Shown here: in pieces, positions 27,201 to 39,787 of the stretch
How the letters are laid out: each line of letters starts with the position of its first letter
Numbering within the stretch: position 1 is the first letter of the stretch
NCBI GenBank assembly: GCA_002269645.1
Contig: NIVC01001372.1
Coordinates: 124,001 to 188,000 of the forward strand
Length of the DNA: 64,000 bases
Direction: 5' to 3'
Source: Macrostomum lignano
Taxonomy: Eukaryota
Made by a program: the position numbers and the translations under genes
Notes under the pieces: model-generated
What the model was told of the DNA's origin: nothing
Seen by the model: only the letters and a program-made list of their open reading frames with translations
The model's database searches: none

Positions 27201-30200
27201 GACACCACAGAACAAGCTGAAGCCAGGCTTCCTCGTCAGCTTGAGGATCAGTCCGTCTCGCCGAGTGACACAACAGATCAAGCTGAAGCAATACTTCCTC
27301 GCCAGCTTGAGGTTGAATCGAGTGCCACCAGATATGAGCAGAAAGATGCTCGTCCTCGACAAAGTTCGGATGTTTCTGATTCTCAAGGTCGTATCAACAA
27401 GCCTTCAGATGAGTCCGTCTCACCAAGTGACACCACAGATCAAGCTGAAGCCATGCTTCCTCGTCAGCTTGAGGATAAGTCCGTCTCGCCGAGTGACACC
27501 ACAGATCAAGCTGAAGCAATGCTTTCTCATGAGCTTAAGGGTGATTCGAGTGCCACCAGAGAAGAACGAAAAGATGCTCATCGCCGGGACATTTCGGATG
27601 ATTCTAAATCCCCCAGTGATCTCGAAGGTCGTAACAGCAAGCCTGCAGATGAGTCCGTCTCACCAAGTGACACCACAGATCGAGCTGAAGCCATGCTTCC
27701 TCGTCAGCTTGAGGATAAGTCCGTCTCGCCGAGTGACACCACAGATCAAGCTGAAGCAATGCTTCCTCGTCAGCTTGAGGATGAGTCCGTCTCGCCGAGT
27801 GACACCACAGATCAAGATGAAGCCATGCTTCCTCGTAAGCTTGAGGATGAGTCCGTCTCGCCGAGTGACACCACAGATCAAGCTGAAGCCATGCTTCCTC
27901 GTCAACTTGAAGGTGAATCCAGTGCCACCAGAGAGGAACAGAATGATGCTCATCGCCGGGACATTTCGGATGATTCTGAATCTCCCAGTGACTCCGAAGG
28001 TCGTGCCAGCAAGCCGGCAGATGAGTCCGTCTCACCAAGTGACGCCAAAGACCAAGCTAAAGCCATGCTTCCTCGTCAGCTTGAGGATAAGTCCGTCTCG
28101 CCGAGTGACACCACAGATCAAGCTGAAGCAATGCTTCCTCGTCAGCTTGAGGATGAGTCCGTCTCGCCGAGTGACACCACAGATCAAGCTGAAGCCATGC
28201 TTCCTCGTCAGCTTGAGGATGAGTCCCTCTCGCCGAGTGACACCACAGATCAAGCTGAAGCAATGCTTCCTCGCCAGCTTGAGGTTGAATCGAGTGCCAC
28301 CAGATATGAGCAGAAAGATGCTCGTCCTCGACAAAGTTCGGATGTTTCTGATTCTCAAGGTCGTATCAACAAGCCTTCAGATGAGTCCGTCTCACCAAGT
28401 GACACCACAGATCAAGCTGAAGCAATGCTTCCTCGCCAGCTTAGGCGTGAATCGAGTGCCACCAGATATGAGCAGAAACATGCTCGTCCTCGACAAAGTT
28501 CGGATGATTCTGAATCTCCCAGTGACTCCGAAGGTCGTGCCAGCAAGCCGGCAGATGAGTCCGTCTCACCAAGTGACGCCAAAGACCAAGCTAAAGCCAT
28601 GCTTCCTCGTCAGCTTGAGGATAAGTCCGTCTCGCCGAGTGACACCACAGATCAATCTAAAGCCATGCTTCCTCGTCAGCTTGAGGATGAGTCCCTCTCG
28701 CCGAGTGACACCACAGATCAAGCTGAAGCAATGCTTCCTCGCCAGCTTGAGGGTGAATCGAGTGCCACCAGATATGAGCAGAAAGATGCTCGTCCTCGAC
28801 AAAGTTCGGATGTTTCTGATTCTCAAGGTCGTATCAACAAGCCTTCAGATGAGTCCGTCTCACCAAGTGACACCAAAGATCAAGCTGAAGCCATGCTTCC
28901 TCATCAGCTTGAGGATGAGTCCGTCTCGCCGAGTGACACCACAGATCAAGCTGAAGCAATGCTTTTTCATGAGCTTAAGGGTGATTCGAGTGCCACCAGA
29001 GAAGAACGAAAAGATGCTTATCGCCGGGACATTTCGGATGATTCTAAATCTCCCAGTGATCTTGAAGGTCGTAACAGCAAGCCTGCAGATGAGTCCGTTT
29101 CACCGAGTGACGCCAAAGACCAAGCTAAGGCCATGCTTCCTCATCAGCTTGAGGATGAGTCCGTCTCGCCGAGTGACACCACAGATCGAGCTGAAGCCAT
29201 GCTTCCTCGTCAGCTTGAGGATAAGTCCGTCTCGCCGGGTGACACAACAAATCAAGCTGAAGCAATGCTTCCTCGCCAGCTTGAGGTTGAATCGAGTGCC
29301 ACCAGATATGAGCAGAAAGATGCTCGTCCTCGACAAAGTTCGGATGTTTCTGATTCTCAAGGTCGTATCAACAAGCCTTCAGATGAGTCCGTCTCACCAA
29401 GTGACACCACAGATCAAGCTGAAGCCATGCTTCCTCGTCAGCTTGAGGATAAGTCCGTCTCGCCGAGTGACACCACAGATCAAGCTGAAGCAATGCTTTC
29501 TCATGAGCTTAAGGGTGATTCGAGTGCCACCAGAGAAGAACGAAAAGATGCTCATCGCCGGGACATTTCGGATGATTCTAAATCCCCCAGTGATCTCGAA
29601 GGTCGTAACAGCAAGCCTGCAGATGAGTCCGTCTCACCAAGTGACACCACAGATCGAGCTGAAGCCATGCTTCCTCGTCAGCTTGAGGATAAGTCCGTCT
29701 CGCCGAGTGACACCACAGATCAAGCTGAAGCAATGCTTCCTCGTCAGCTTGAGGGTGAATCGAGTAGCACTGTGTCAAGTAATTCGAGCTCTAACAAAGA
29801 CGGGGAATCGATTAAGAAACAGAATCGGCATCATACTGAGCTACATGTAGCAGAAGATCCTCCGAAAAGTGAATCTGGCAGTGAGAAATTCCATAAAATA
29901 AATGAAGAAACTGGAGACCATTGTCGGAAAAGTATTGACGAGTCATCCTCGAGCTCTTTGTCGGTCTCTGATAAGGACGAGAATTCAGAATCAGAATCAG
30001 AAAAACCTATTTTGCCAAAAGAAAGTCAACAAGAAAGGGAACGAAAAAGAAAACTAGCCAGGCAAGAGGCGGCTTTTTCAGACCATCCAGCAGAACACAA
30101 AGGATCCTTTAGCGATGAAGAGGGAAGCTCAGAGCAGAAAATTTCACCGACTGAGAAGATACCCATCGATCAGAAGGTGAAGTCCATGCCCGTTGATCTT

Positions 30201-33200
30201 CCAGGGCCTCAGCCATTGGATGACGACACAGAACTGACTATTAACTCGTCACAGATTTCAGAGAACCCGGATGTACAAATTCTGCCGCCAGAAAAGATAT
30301 CATTTCGAAATTTCGATTTCGATGATTATGATCATGAGGATTATATTCATTCAAGCCAGCCTCACCTGCTTGATGATATTTCGGAGAGAACTGAGCCCGA
30401 GGATGACTATTACTCACAGAGCGAATATAGCGGCTTTGCTACGCCTTCAGATGTTCCAGACAGCATGGTCGAGAGCACAGATGGCTCTCATGGTGTAGCA
30501 GCACGCTCGCCAAGAAGACAATGGAGTCTAAGCAATGGAGAATTTCAGAATTATGACCAGACCAGCTCTGGTATGTTGCCGCAGTCAGCGATAGAGACAC
30601 GCAAAGAACAAGTTGAAATCAGTGACAGCGACACGGACACTGGAACAGTTTCAAACAAGAAATCAACGGAAGAGTCTGATGCTGAAACTGAACCCGGTCC
30701 TACTGGTAGCTCGTCAAGTACCAAAGACGCTCTAACTGGTGAATCAAAACCTGAACCAACAACTCAGAAACCCAAGACATCACCTGTTGAAATTACGAGA
30801 GTAACTAATCCCAACCAACAACTAATCGATGAGCAAGCAACTCGTGACTCAATAGACTCTGTTAAGACTGTTATCGAGAACTCTCCGACAAATTTTGGTG
30901 CGTCTATTTTAGCTCAGCAATTGCAAAATCAGGAATCATTGAGCGATTCTGCCAGTAACAGCGACACGGATGCTCATTTATCTTCGAAAAGTATGGACAG
31001 TCCTGCTCCTGAAATTGCAGAAACTTGTGCAAAAGCTACACCAAAGAGGTCAGAGGAGAACACCTCTCTCAGTAAAGATAAAACTTTCTCACAAAATCAA
31101 GATGTCGCGAGCGAGAAAGATCGGAACACAGATGAAAAAGAAGCTAGGCAGTTTGGGCGCTTAGACTCTGAAGAAATTGAAGAAGTTATTGCTTCTGAAG
31201 AGGCAGCGATCGCAGCGAAAGCTCCAAATGTTTCAGAGGGGCAGAAAAATCTTCTTACTCAGGAAGAGCCTCGAAATCTTTACAGCGAGCAATCCGACAC
31301 CGATTATTCATGCGCCAAAGCCACAAGGGAGATGATGGCAGAAGTTGACAGTAGCCACACTGATACCGACATGCTTGTGGAACAGCTACTAGCTGGGACA
31401 GCGACTGACAATGATATCGATGAGGATTTCGATGAAATAGCATCTGTTGAAAATCTAAAGGGTGGGGTTAAAAGATCCAATAAAGAGCCTACAGAAGCTT
31501 CTAAATTGGAACAAGATGATAGCGCCGCTAAGCAGAAAAGGACGAGAACTCCTAAGCGCCCGTCATCAGAAGAGGCCACTTCGTCTTCTGAAGAAGAAAA
31601 AGCTAGAGGCAAACAATTCAAGAAAGTTCGCAAAACTGGAGAGACACGTTCGCACAGTGGCTTATCGGATTCGTCTGAAGAAACTTGGGATGTAAAGCCA
31701 AGAGAACGTCAAGAACCTCACGATGTCAAGTCATCGGACAGCAATGCAAGTAAAGTCATGCCAAGAAGACCAAATGCATCCGGTATTGTCCCTGATGCGG
31801 ATTCTAAGAAAGCTTCCAGTACGCAGGAAATAGATTCGTCAGGTTCATCTGAAAATTTTGAAAGCGTAATCCCAACACATGAAGAGAAGAAACAGACGCA
31901 AAATGCTTCGATTTCCCGTTCGACTAAAAAATTGGAAGACGGCGAGCCAGTGCATAAAAAGAAGCATCATAGCAGTTCAGAATTTGAGTCACCAGGTGGA
32001 AGTGATAGCGACACTGGACTAACAAGATCAAAGGGACTTGCTGGAGAGGTTGCTGATGAGGCTGCAAAACAAGAAGTCTCTATACAAGAAAGCAATGACT
32101 CTGGGTCAGAAAGTTCATCTGAGGAAGCTGCCGACCAGAAATTAAAACGAAATAGACCACAGCCAAAATCTCAAATTTCAAAGGATAGAAAAACGGCAGA
32201 GGATAATGAAGTGAAGCAATCACACCAAGAGGAATCTGCACCAAAAGAATCAACTGGATCCACGGATGCCAATAAGATGGAGAGGACGCCTAGAAAATTT
32301 CCAGTAAGCTCTGATGCATCAGATGAGGTCAGCAATGAGAAGTCAAAGAAGAGATACATGGATTCTCAATCAGATTCGTCAGAAACATCTGAACAAACAA
32401 ATCAGTCTGAACAATCAGAAAGGTCTCTATTTTCTCAGGCACCCGATGAAACAACGAACAGTGAACTGAAGCCCGCACAACGCAATGTCACTCAAAAAAA
32501 TTCATCTGAAGATGAGGCTGAAGTGGTGCCAACCAAAGAATCCTTACGACCTGGTGCATTAGCAAAAGTCAACAATAACAAACCAGAAACGAAGCAAAGA
32601 CGTTCTCTAGAATCACCAGAACAAGTTGAAGCACCCGAGCCAACAGACGAATATATGAAACCGGAAACAGACGAGATGATTCAGGAATCGACACCAAAAC
32701 AATCACCTGACTCATCTGATAGCAATGAGGTAGAAACGACTCTGAACAAAGATCCGGAAAATTCCGATACATCGGATCAAGTCCATGATCGGAAGACAAG
32801 AGGAAAGCAAATGCATCCTCTTTTAGATTCACCAACAGAATCCATTCAAATCAAAGATATTGAGACAATGTCTTCATCCGAAGCAACTAAGGACCCTGAA
32901 AAACAGCCAGGACAGCAAGAGATGACTCAAGACTCAAAAACTCTGGAATCATCGGACTCAACTGATGATTATAAGGTGAAAAGGACACCTAACAAAGTTC
33001 CAGTAATAAGATCCGACGCATCTGGAAAAGTCGCTAACACAAAGTCTAGAAGGGAACCCAAACATTCGCTGTCTGGCTCAACAGAAGCATCCGATCAAGC
33101 CGAAGACACCAGAGATTCAAATTCTTCATTGTCTAATGCATCTGCCGAAACCGAAAATGATATCCAGCCAGCAAAACGCAAAGTGGGTCAAGATTCCACT

Positions 33201-36200
33201 GTAAAAGAACCATCGTCTGATAGTGGCAAGACGAAAAAGGCTCCGGAAAAAGCGTCAGTAAGACCTAATACATCAGAAGAGGTTGGAGGCAACAAGCTAC
33301 GAAAAAGCTCGAGCAACTCGGTGTCAGATTCATCAGAAGCAACAGAACAAGTGAACGAAGCTAAACTGACAGAACGATCGCCGCTTTCAGAGCCATCTAA
33401 GGCTAAATCTGATGATGAGGTGAAAGAAACGATTAGCAAAGTACTAGCAAGATCCGATGCATCTGGAGAAGTCAGTAACACAAAGTCTAGTAGGAAGCCC
33501 ATACGTTCTCTGTCTAGCTCATCTAATTCGTCTGATAGTGATAAGATGAAAACGACTTCGGACAAAGTGTCAAATGCATCAGAAGAAGGCGAAATTCCCA
33601 GAATCTTGGTGTCAGATTCACCAGAAGCTTCAGAATACGCAAATGAACAGTCGGAACGATTGCCGCTTTCAGAACAATATAAGGCTAAAGACGAGAGTGG
33701 TGTGAAGCCAGCACAGAGAAACGTGATTTACGAAGCAACACCACATGAATCTGTTAACTCATCTGATGACGATGGGAGAAAAACTGCGCCGGAAAAAGTA
33801 CCACAAAAGGTCGCTGGAAAAAGTACAAGAAGGAAGCAAAATAAGTCTCAATCTGAGCTAGTCGAAGACACTCAACAGTCAGGAAGATCTTCCATTTCTG
33901 AAACTTCCGAAGCAGCAGAAGACAACAGTGTGAGTTCAGAACAAAGCAAGGCAATTCGGGAAGCCACAACCAAGTCAAATGAATTATCAGATTCATCTGA
34001 GGTGGAAACGGCACGGAGAAACGTTTCAACAAAGCCCAGTTCTGCCGGAAAATATACTGATAAAAAATCAACTACAGGTGAAACACGCTCTCTATCCGGC
34101 TCCTCAGAAGCCTCCGAGCAAGTAAATGAAGACAGAAAAGCATCTAAAACAATTGAGGACCCTAAAGTAAAACTCAGAAAGCAAGGAGCCGCTTTGGGAC
34201 CGAATGAAAGCACTCGGGAAAGATCTCACTCTGATTCTTCAACTGTATCAGAGGAAACTGTCGAAAAAGTAGAAAGCCAACTGAAAGAATCAAGAAAGCA
34301 AGTGTTCAAACCGTCTAAAACAGGAAAGGACAGACAAATCGCCGAGTCTTCAGATGATGAGGAAGTTCTAAGGTTGAACCAAAACCTTCAAAAGGTCAAT
34401 TCTCGGTCAAGTTCATCAGATTCAAATGAAAAAATCAAGGAAGAACGACCGAGTAGGTTTCAAAAACAATTTAGAACCTCATCCATGTCTGAAACGTCGG
34501 AGGCCACTGAGAGCAGTGAGATGAAGCCCAGACAGCGTGAAATGTCAAATTCACCTACTGAATCATCCGAATTAGCTTTGAAGGAAGAAACTCGAGGGAA
34601 GACTAAAAAACTTGACGAGCGTAACGAATCATCAGCCAATGAACTGTCGGACACTTCCATTAACAAATATGCGAAACCAAAACGTCTTGAGGCACAACAG
34701 AGCTCACCAGATCGTTCGTCAATCACAGGAGGTGAAACGCCAGAGGAAGTTCAAGCAGCAGCAAGCCTATTGGAAAATTATCGACAAGAAGAGCGGTCTA
34801 GTTCGGAGTCATCTGAGTCATTAGAGCAGAGACGCGACGGAAATATGTGGGAACAAGAAGCAACGGAGATGTTAAAACAGGAAACTGATCGCAAAACAAG
34901 GTCTACTAGCAATTCTAAGATAACACCTCTGAAAGATCTCACTGATAGGCGTGGAAAAGAATATCAAAGTGACGACTCAAAAGATTCCTTATCACAATCG
35001 TCAGAAAACCTTGAAATTGTGTCGACGAAACGAAGATCAGAAGACCCGAAGAAGCGTCGCAGCGTCTCAAACGAGTCCCAGGCAAATGATCGGTTAAACA
35101 AAAAATCTTTCGCCAATGACTCTGATCAAGAAAGTGACTCAACTATAACGGCAGCTGAAAACATAGAAACAAAAGCAACCAAGAGCAGTGGACATGGCAA
35201 TGAGGTTGATGAATACAGTAATGAGGATTCGATAATGTCAAGTGTTCAGACAAGTCCTAGAAGTGGGGTCAGGGGCGCGCGTTCTGTGCCCGATCTGAGA
35301 CTTCTAAAGTCTGACGAGTCAAGCCTCAGTTCAGATGTCGACCGACAGCTCCAAGAATTCAATAGCCTTGTATCGAAGAGTGCATCTCAGAAGTTTGACT
35401 CCTTGGACCATCAAACACTGCTTGGTGACAGTTTGGCTCTGAAGCATCGCAGCAGCTCAGAATCAGAGGTTATCTCCGAACGAATGCTAGCCAAGGCTCA
35501 GGATCCCGAGGAGGAGAAAGAGTTAACCATTGTGGTCTCTGAAAGGCGCAAACGTGAAATAGCTAAGAGCCTGCCATCCATTGCCCTGCTCAGTAGCAGA
35601 AGAGCCAGCAATCAATCTCACACAACAATCGACTCAATGGTTCTGCAGCAATCCAGTCTGCACGAAGCTGATTTCGACAGACAGCGAAACAACTCCGCTA
35701 GCGATTCAACTAGCACCACTTCGACTTCTGAACGATCCACAGTTAAAATTTCAATCAAAGACTGGCGCAACAGATTGGCATCATCCAAAAGTTTGCCCTC
35801 GGTTTTGGCAATGTCAAATGACGGGGCCGAGCCAAACGTCCGGCGAACGGTCCGACAGTCTCACAAAAAACAGGTACCGAGAGATAGCACGGTGGCTAAA
35901 AATCAAAATGAGTCAGTTCAAGGTGGCAGTTCATCTATCGCCCCGACACAGACTCCAGTTCGGGCAAGCGCACAAGGCGGAGCGGTTTCTGGTTCAAGCA
36001 AGCAACCTAAGGAATTTTCTTCCGGCTCAGACAACGAAGATGTGTACGGAACTCCCTCACGGCGCCAGCTGATTCTTGCACTGCGTTCCTCAAAAGAGAA
36101 GGGTCTAGCTGAGCACATCCAGGATCTTCTGACTCGGAAGGTCAGGAAAAGACAACTGCTACTTCTAGAAGACGGGACCCAACTGCGGAATCTCCACGTC

Positions 36201-36287
36201 GACCACCTCTTCCGGTTATGCGACCTGCCCGGGATGTCAGCGTCAAAAAACAACCAAACCAGCCGATTCGCTCAGTCTCACCTGTGA
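6220..36287 (+). CDS. Giant intracellular coiled-coil plus Ser/Asp/Glu-rich repetitive protein: join(6220..6374,8439..8736,9044..9162,9440..9584,10326..10364,10529..10590,10795..10886,10982..11288,11840..36287), ~8,554 aa
   Basis: Eight GT-AG introns whose phases (2,0,2,0,0,2,1,2) all match and keep one frame into the 8,131-aa ORF. Heptad-like segments ELIQLKRENAELNNKVKSQVARL..QLETQLALREAQVTQLTDAL..LNKALKSVE and QQLDESQAILKRQQELLDEM. No signal peptide, TM segment or recognisable globular domain. Confidence 0.85.
9700..10110. repeat. 37-bp minisatellite (CTGGTCTGGTCCACCATCATAGACATTCTGGGTGTGT) in intron 4 of the giant gene
   Basis: About 10 degenerate copies; TTCTGGGTG recurs at 9901 and 9938. 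Confidence 0.85.
12168..12692 (+). repeat. Coding 51-bp tandem repeat, 10 near-identical copies of QQPQQQPQGMPMGAPVE (17 aa)
   Basis: Directly visible in DNA and protein. Confidence 0.97.
15050..18850 (+). repeat. Coding degenerate 17-aa repeats: PSDRHPxDSTDEKSDMR type (~15.05-16.8 kb), then LPSDGRQPDATESSSGM type (~16.8-18.85 kb)
   Basis: Recurrent PSD/LSD..HP/QP..D..E motifs spaced 17 residues apart in the long ORF. Confidence 0.75.
23620..29765 (+). repeat. Coding composite array of 22-aa unit A (ESVSPSDTTDQAEAMLPRQLED) and 36/32-aa unit B (ESSATRYEQKDARPRQSSDDSESPSDPEGRYSKPAD), arranged as A(1-4)B
   Basis: 66-bp and 108/96-bp units are visible, with long internal block duplications (e.g. 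~27.3-27.8 kb repeated at ~29.3-29.8 kb). Confidence 0.95.
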
Positions 36288-37231
36288 AAAAGCGTCGGCG
36301 AACGTCGAGCCAGAATGCGGGCAAGCCCCCAAAACGCGGAGACAGCGATGATAGCGAAGATGTTCAGCGCAGAAGAGCAGAAGACGCTAAAATACATCAC
36401 GCCTTGATAGACGAGGCCCGTCGACAAGCGCGTAAAAAAGCATTGAATGAGAATGAAGGAGACAGCTTAGCTGAATCAACCAGCATCGAGTCGGATAGCG
36501 AGTTCAGCGAAGTCCGCCCGGTTCAACATCAAACTGACGCTGCAGCACCAGTTGCGACTTCCCGTGGCAGAGCAAATCCTACTGCGCTTGCTGAGAGACC
36601 TGGCATCAAGAAGGACGCCATCGAGCGAGAAGAACAGAAGCCGAATCGCCTCGAGAAGAAATCGATTTCTACTACACCTACAAATTCTACGCCACCAACT
36701 ATCGTCGTCCGAAGACCGAGATCCGAATCGCTTAGCATGGAAGCGGAACCTGAACTGCGCTTCACATCTAGCAGCTTGGGACGATCAAAATCGATCAAGT
36801 TGAGATTAGACTCGTCCTACGAGACACTCTACGATGGCAATCCAATCGAAATAGAAGCCGGTAACAACCAGAATGACGGCCAAGAGAGCGAAGAGGCCGA
36901 TTCTTCGTCGCTGTATGAGCCGCCACCGAGGATGCTCGGATTGGAAATGGGCGATTTCGAGTATCCTGCCGAAGATCAGTCCGGATCATCAACTCCAACT
37001 AACTCTTTCCAAGACTTTCTGTAAGTTGCGAAAAAAATGACTTGTGTTCAGTGTCTATCTGCCACTGATGTTATATTGTGAACTGCAATCCTAACTTCCT
37101 TCAGGCCACCCGAACAACTAGTGGCTATTCAGCAGGAGGGCGCAGCAGACCTTCCACCAGATCTGACAACCTCGGAGCAAGTATTCGGCCGGAGTGTACA
37201 TGATCCCGACGAAGAAGCAGATGCGCTTTAA
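36113..37231 (+). CDS. C-terminal continuation of the giant gene in the -1 frame: 36113..37020 spliced to 37105..37231
   Basis: The -1 frame is open from 36113 with the same S/E/R/P-rich composition. It ends at donor CT/gtaagt (37021), followed by an 84-nt intron with ctaac branch point, acceptor ttccttcag, and a phase-matched last exon LPPEQL..DEEADAL*. Joining it to the main ORF needs one extra base or a -1 frameshift (total ~8,841 aa). Confidence 0.75.
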
Positions 37232-37235
37232 TAAA
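37230..37235 (+). terminator. AATAAA polyadenylation signal overlapping the giant gene's terminal TAA
   Basis: Sequence CTT TAA TAAAAA at 37226-37237. Confidence 0.45.
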
Positions 37236-38105
37236 AAATTATAAAAAAGACTATTGAAAATCGCTTTTTAAAATCTATTCGGGTGCAAAAATTGCGTTTC
37301 TCATTTGATAGTATTTTGTCAGAACAATGTATGTTGTTTTACTACCTAAGACCTAACATTTACCCTATTTATCCTAATTGTCGTACATACAACTTAAAAT
37401 TGATTCGCACTATTAAAAGTAAAAGCTCATTGGAAAAAACTTTCGAATCCAAGAAACATGACATCGAGTCCTACTGAGACGTTCGAATCGATTAAAACTA
37501 AAGATTTTTTGTCGAAATTCGGTACCTCCCTCTGGTCAATTAAAATCGATGTCCAAAGTAGAATATTAAAAGAAGCTATCTCTGAAAACAGGTCAAGTTA
37601 AGGTGCTGAACAAGTTCTTATATTGTAGCTATATACTGTGCTGTTGCTTATAACTGCATGCGATTCACAACTTTCGTAAGCATTCCATTGTACATGTATC
37701 TTTCTGCAGGTATGTACATTGTATTTTTCTATCGTCATCAATTTTTATACAAATGCAATTTTCGCCGTTTTAACTGCAGGTGTACATGCTATACGTCTTG
37801 AGCACTGTGTGGTGCAACCTGCTTGTATTTGTTATTCCTCCTATGCATATCTATACATGTACATGTGTAAAATGTTGATGCACTCGAGTTTTGTATTTTA
37901 GCGACTTGTATAAGATGGAAAGTTATTGAAAGAGGTTTCAGCTCGACTTTTTATACGTGTCTTTTCTCTAAAAAATGAAACTTGATGTCACACCGCGCCA
38001 GCGTTTCCCTCGTCTCACTGTGGGTGAAGCAATTTTTTGTTGGATTAAATTAGCTGCATGCTACTCTCCGGTTTTAATCCTCATGAATTCGTAATGGTCT
38101 GACAA

Positions 38106-38382
38106 ATGACAAAAACGGAGCGATAGCGTGCTATGTTGGCATGCTTGAAGCCGGGATGGCGATTTGAGCAGTTGCTCGAATTAATTCAAGAATTAATTAA
38201 TTACTTCTTAGTATTATCATTGACAATACACTAATATCAGTTTCTTTTTCTTCATATTAGCCTGATTGCGTAATCAGTCCATACAAGCCAGCAGACATGG
38301 TGTGAATTGCGTTACTTGGGGCTGAGATCTGAGGAAAGTTGACCACTGGTTTTGGGGTGAAAACTTAACATGTTGCTGAGTG
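38106..38382 (+). mobile_element. Degenerate Tc1-like transposon remnant (N-terminal HTH fragment plus possible right end)
   Basis: With one frameshift it reads MTKTER*RA(I)GMLEAGMAI*AVARI, resembling Tc1 N-termini (ERxRAIGMLxAGM..VAR). GTTGCTGAGTG|TA at 38372-38384 resembles the right end of the element at 48171. No left TIR found. Confidence 0.5.
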
Positions 38383-38820
38383 TATATTTTTTATTATCGG
38401 AAAAGTAACTAATTTACTTCATTTACACGTAAATTGAATCTTATTATAAACGCCGTTTATTGTAGCGTAAAAATGCAAAAGAAATAAACTGCCAACTAGC
38501 TACGATATTACTTGGAATTACGTCATATGTACTGTACAAGTGTACCCTGTGCATAATGCACGCTTATTTAATAGAACATGCGGATGCTTATTATTTTATA
38601 AATATTCATTAAATATTCAAATAAAGGTCTCATGTTTCCTACTATACACGTAGCTATACTTTTGACTATACACATTTACATGTGCATTTGCAGTATTTTT
38701 GACATGTTGCGTATCAATTCGCGATAAAAAGTTTGGGAGTATGCTGATCTGGGGCTGGGTCGACTGATGATAAAAAAATTCTTGATCTGCCTGTATTAAT
38801 TGAAAAATTCAATACACATT

Positions 38821-38901
38821 CCCGTACGGAAATTCGACGTCGGTCAGCGATCGGCAACTGACGTCGGTCAGACGTCCGCCGACGTCGAATTTCCGTACGG
38901 G
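38821..38901. mobile_element. 81-bp palindromic MITE-like element with perfect 23-bp TIRs
   Basis: CCCGTACGGAAATTCGACGTCGG (38821-43) and CCGACGTCGAATTTCCGTACGGG (38879-901) are exact reverse complements. Flanked by an ATT direct repeat; four GACGTC motifs. Confidence 0.75.
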
Positions 38902-39787
38902 ATTAGCTGTACGTACTGCATATGGTAATACAGCATGTACATGTTTTGCAAACTGGCGTACATTAGAGCAGGTGCAGCACACTCAACACATAGACTGCAG
39001 GTTCACTTTCCATGAGATATCAGCTAACAGATGAGATCTTGGAGAGGCGAATGCGAATGCAACGATCGAAGGACTACATGTACTTTAAAGTATATTAATT
39101 AATTACTGACCATGTCGTCCTTGATGCAACCCTTGCATAGATCGATAAAGATTTTCTCCGTTATGATACTGAAAATAAATAAAACCCCTAAGAACTAAAA
39201 TAATGTTTTGGTTGTCGTTACATCTTTGTTTTATGTAAACTTTACTTAATTTCTTGTCTTAGGGACTTGCAAAAATTGCAGTATATGCAAAAATCACACC
39301 GACAAATTTTAAAATAATCTTAAAGCATTTTTACTTTGTTGGTTTTTAGAAGTTTCTGCAAAAAATTTAGTGCTCCTACTGTCCATTATATAGCTGCGTA
39401 TTCTACTTTGACATGAAGTGACAAATTGGTGTTCCGAAAATAGTAAAAAGCACATGATATAAAAATATGACACAAAAGCTTCAGATACAAATTTTAAAAA
39501 ATGTAACTGATAGTTCATTTTTTTCCTTCATAAACCTTTTTAAAACTATCTCTTTTTCTTTCTCGTACTGTCTGTCTGCTGATTTTGTTTTTCCAAGCAA
39601 TGCGTCAAATGATACCGTACCTTTTTAACTTTTATTTACGACTGATTTTCATACTTACTCAACTCAGATTACTGATCGATTACATACCTTAGAAATTCAG
39701 AGTTAGAGAGTCGAGCCGTCGTGGGTGCAGTGCAGATTTACTTGTGCACGACAAGTTATTGTTTCCGATTTCTAGAAGTTTACTAGA

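Noticed and set aside
26455-29850. 1,131-aa overlapping ORF in the +1 frame (and similar ORFs from 23641)
   Set aside because: The repeat units lack stops in that frame. Neighbouring copies are interrupted by sporadic stops and there is no splice or start context.
6220-37231. Identity with Macrostomum adhesive proteins, mucins, titin or giant ankyrin
   Set aside because: No signal peptide and no lectin, EGF, vWF, TIL, Ig, Fn3 or ankyrin motifs; acidic rather than Lys/Arg-rich.
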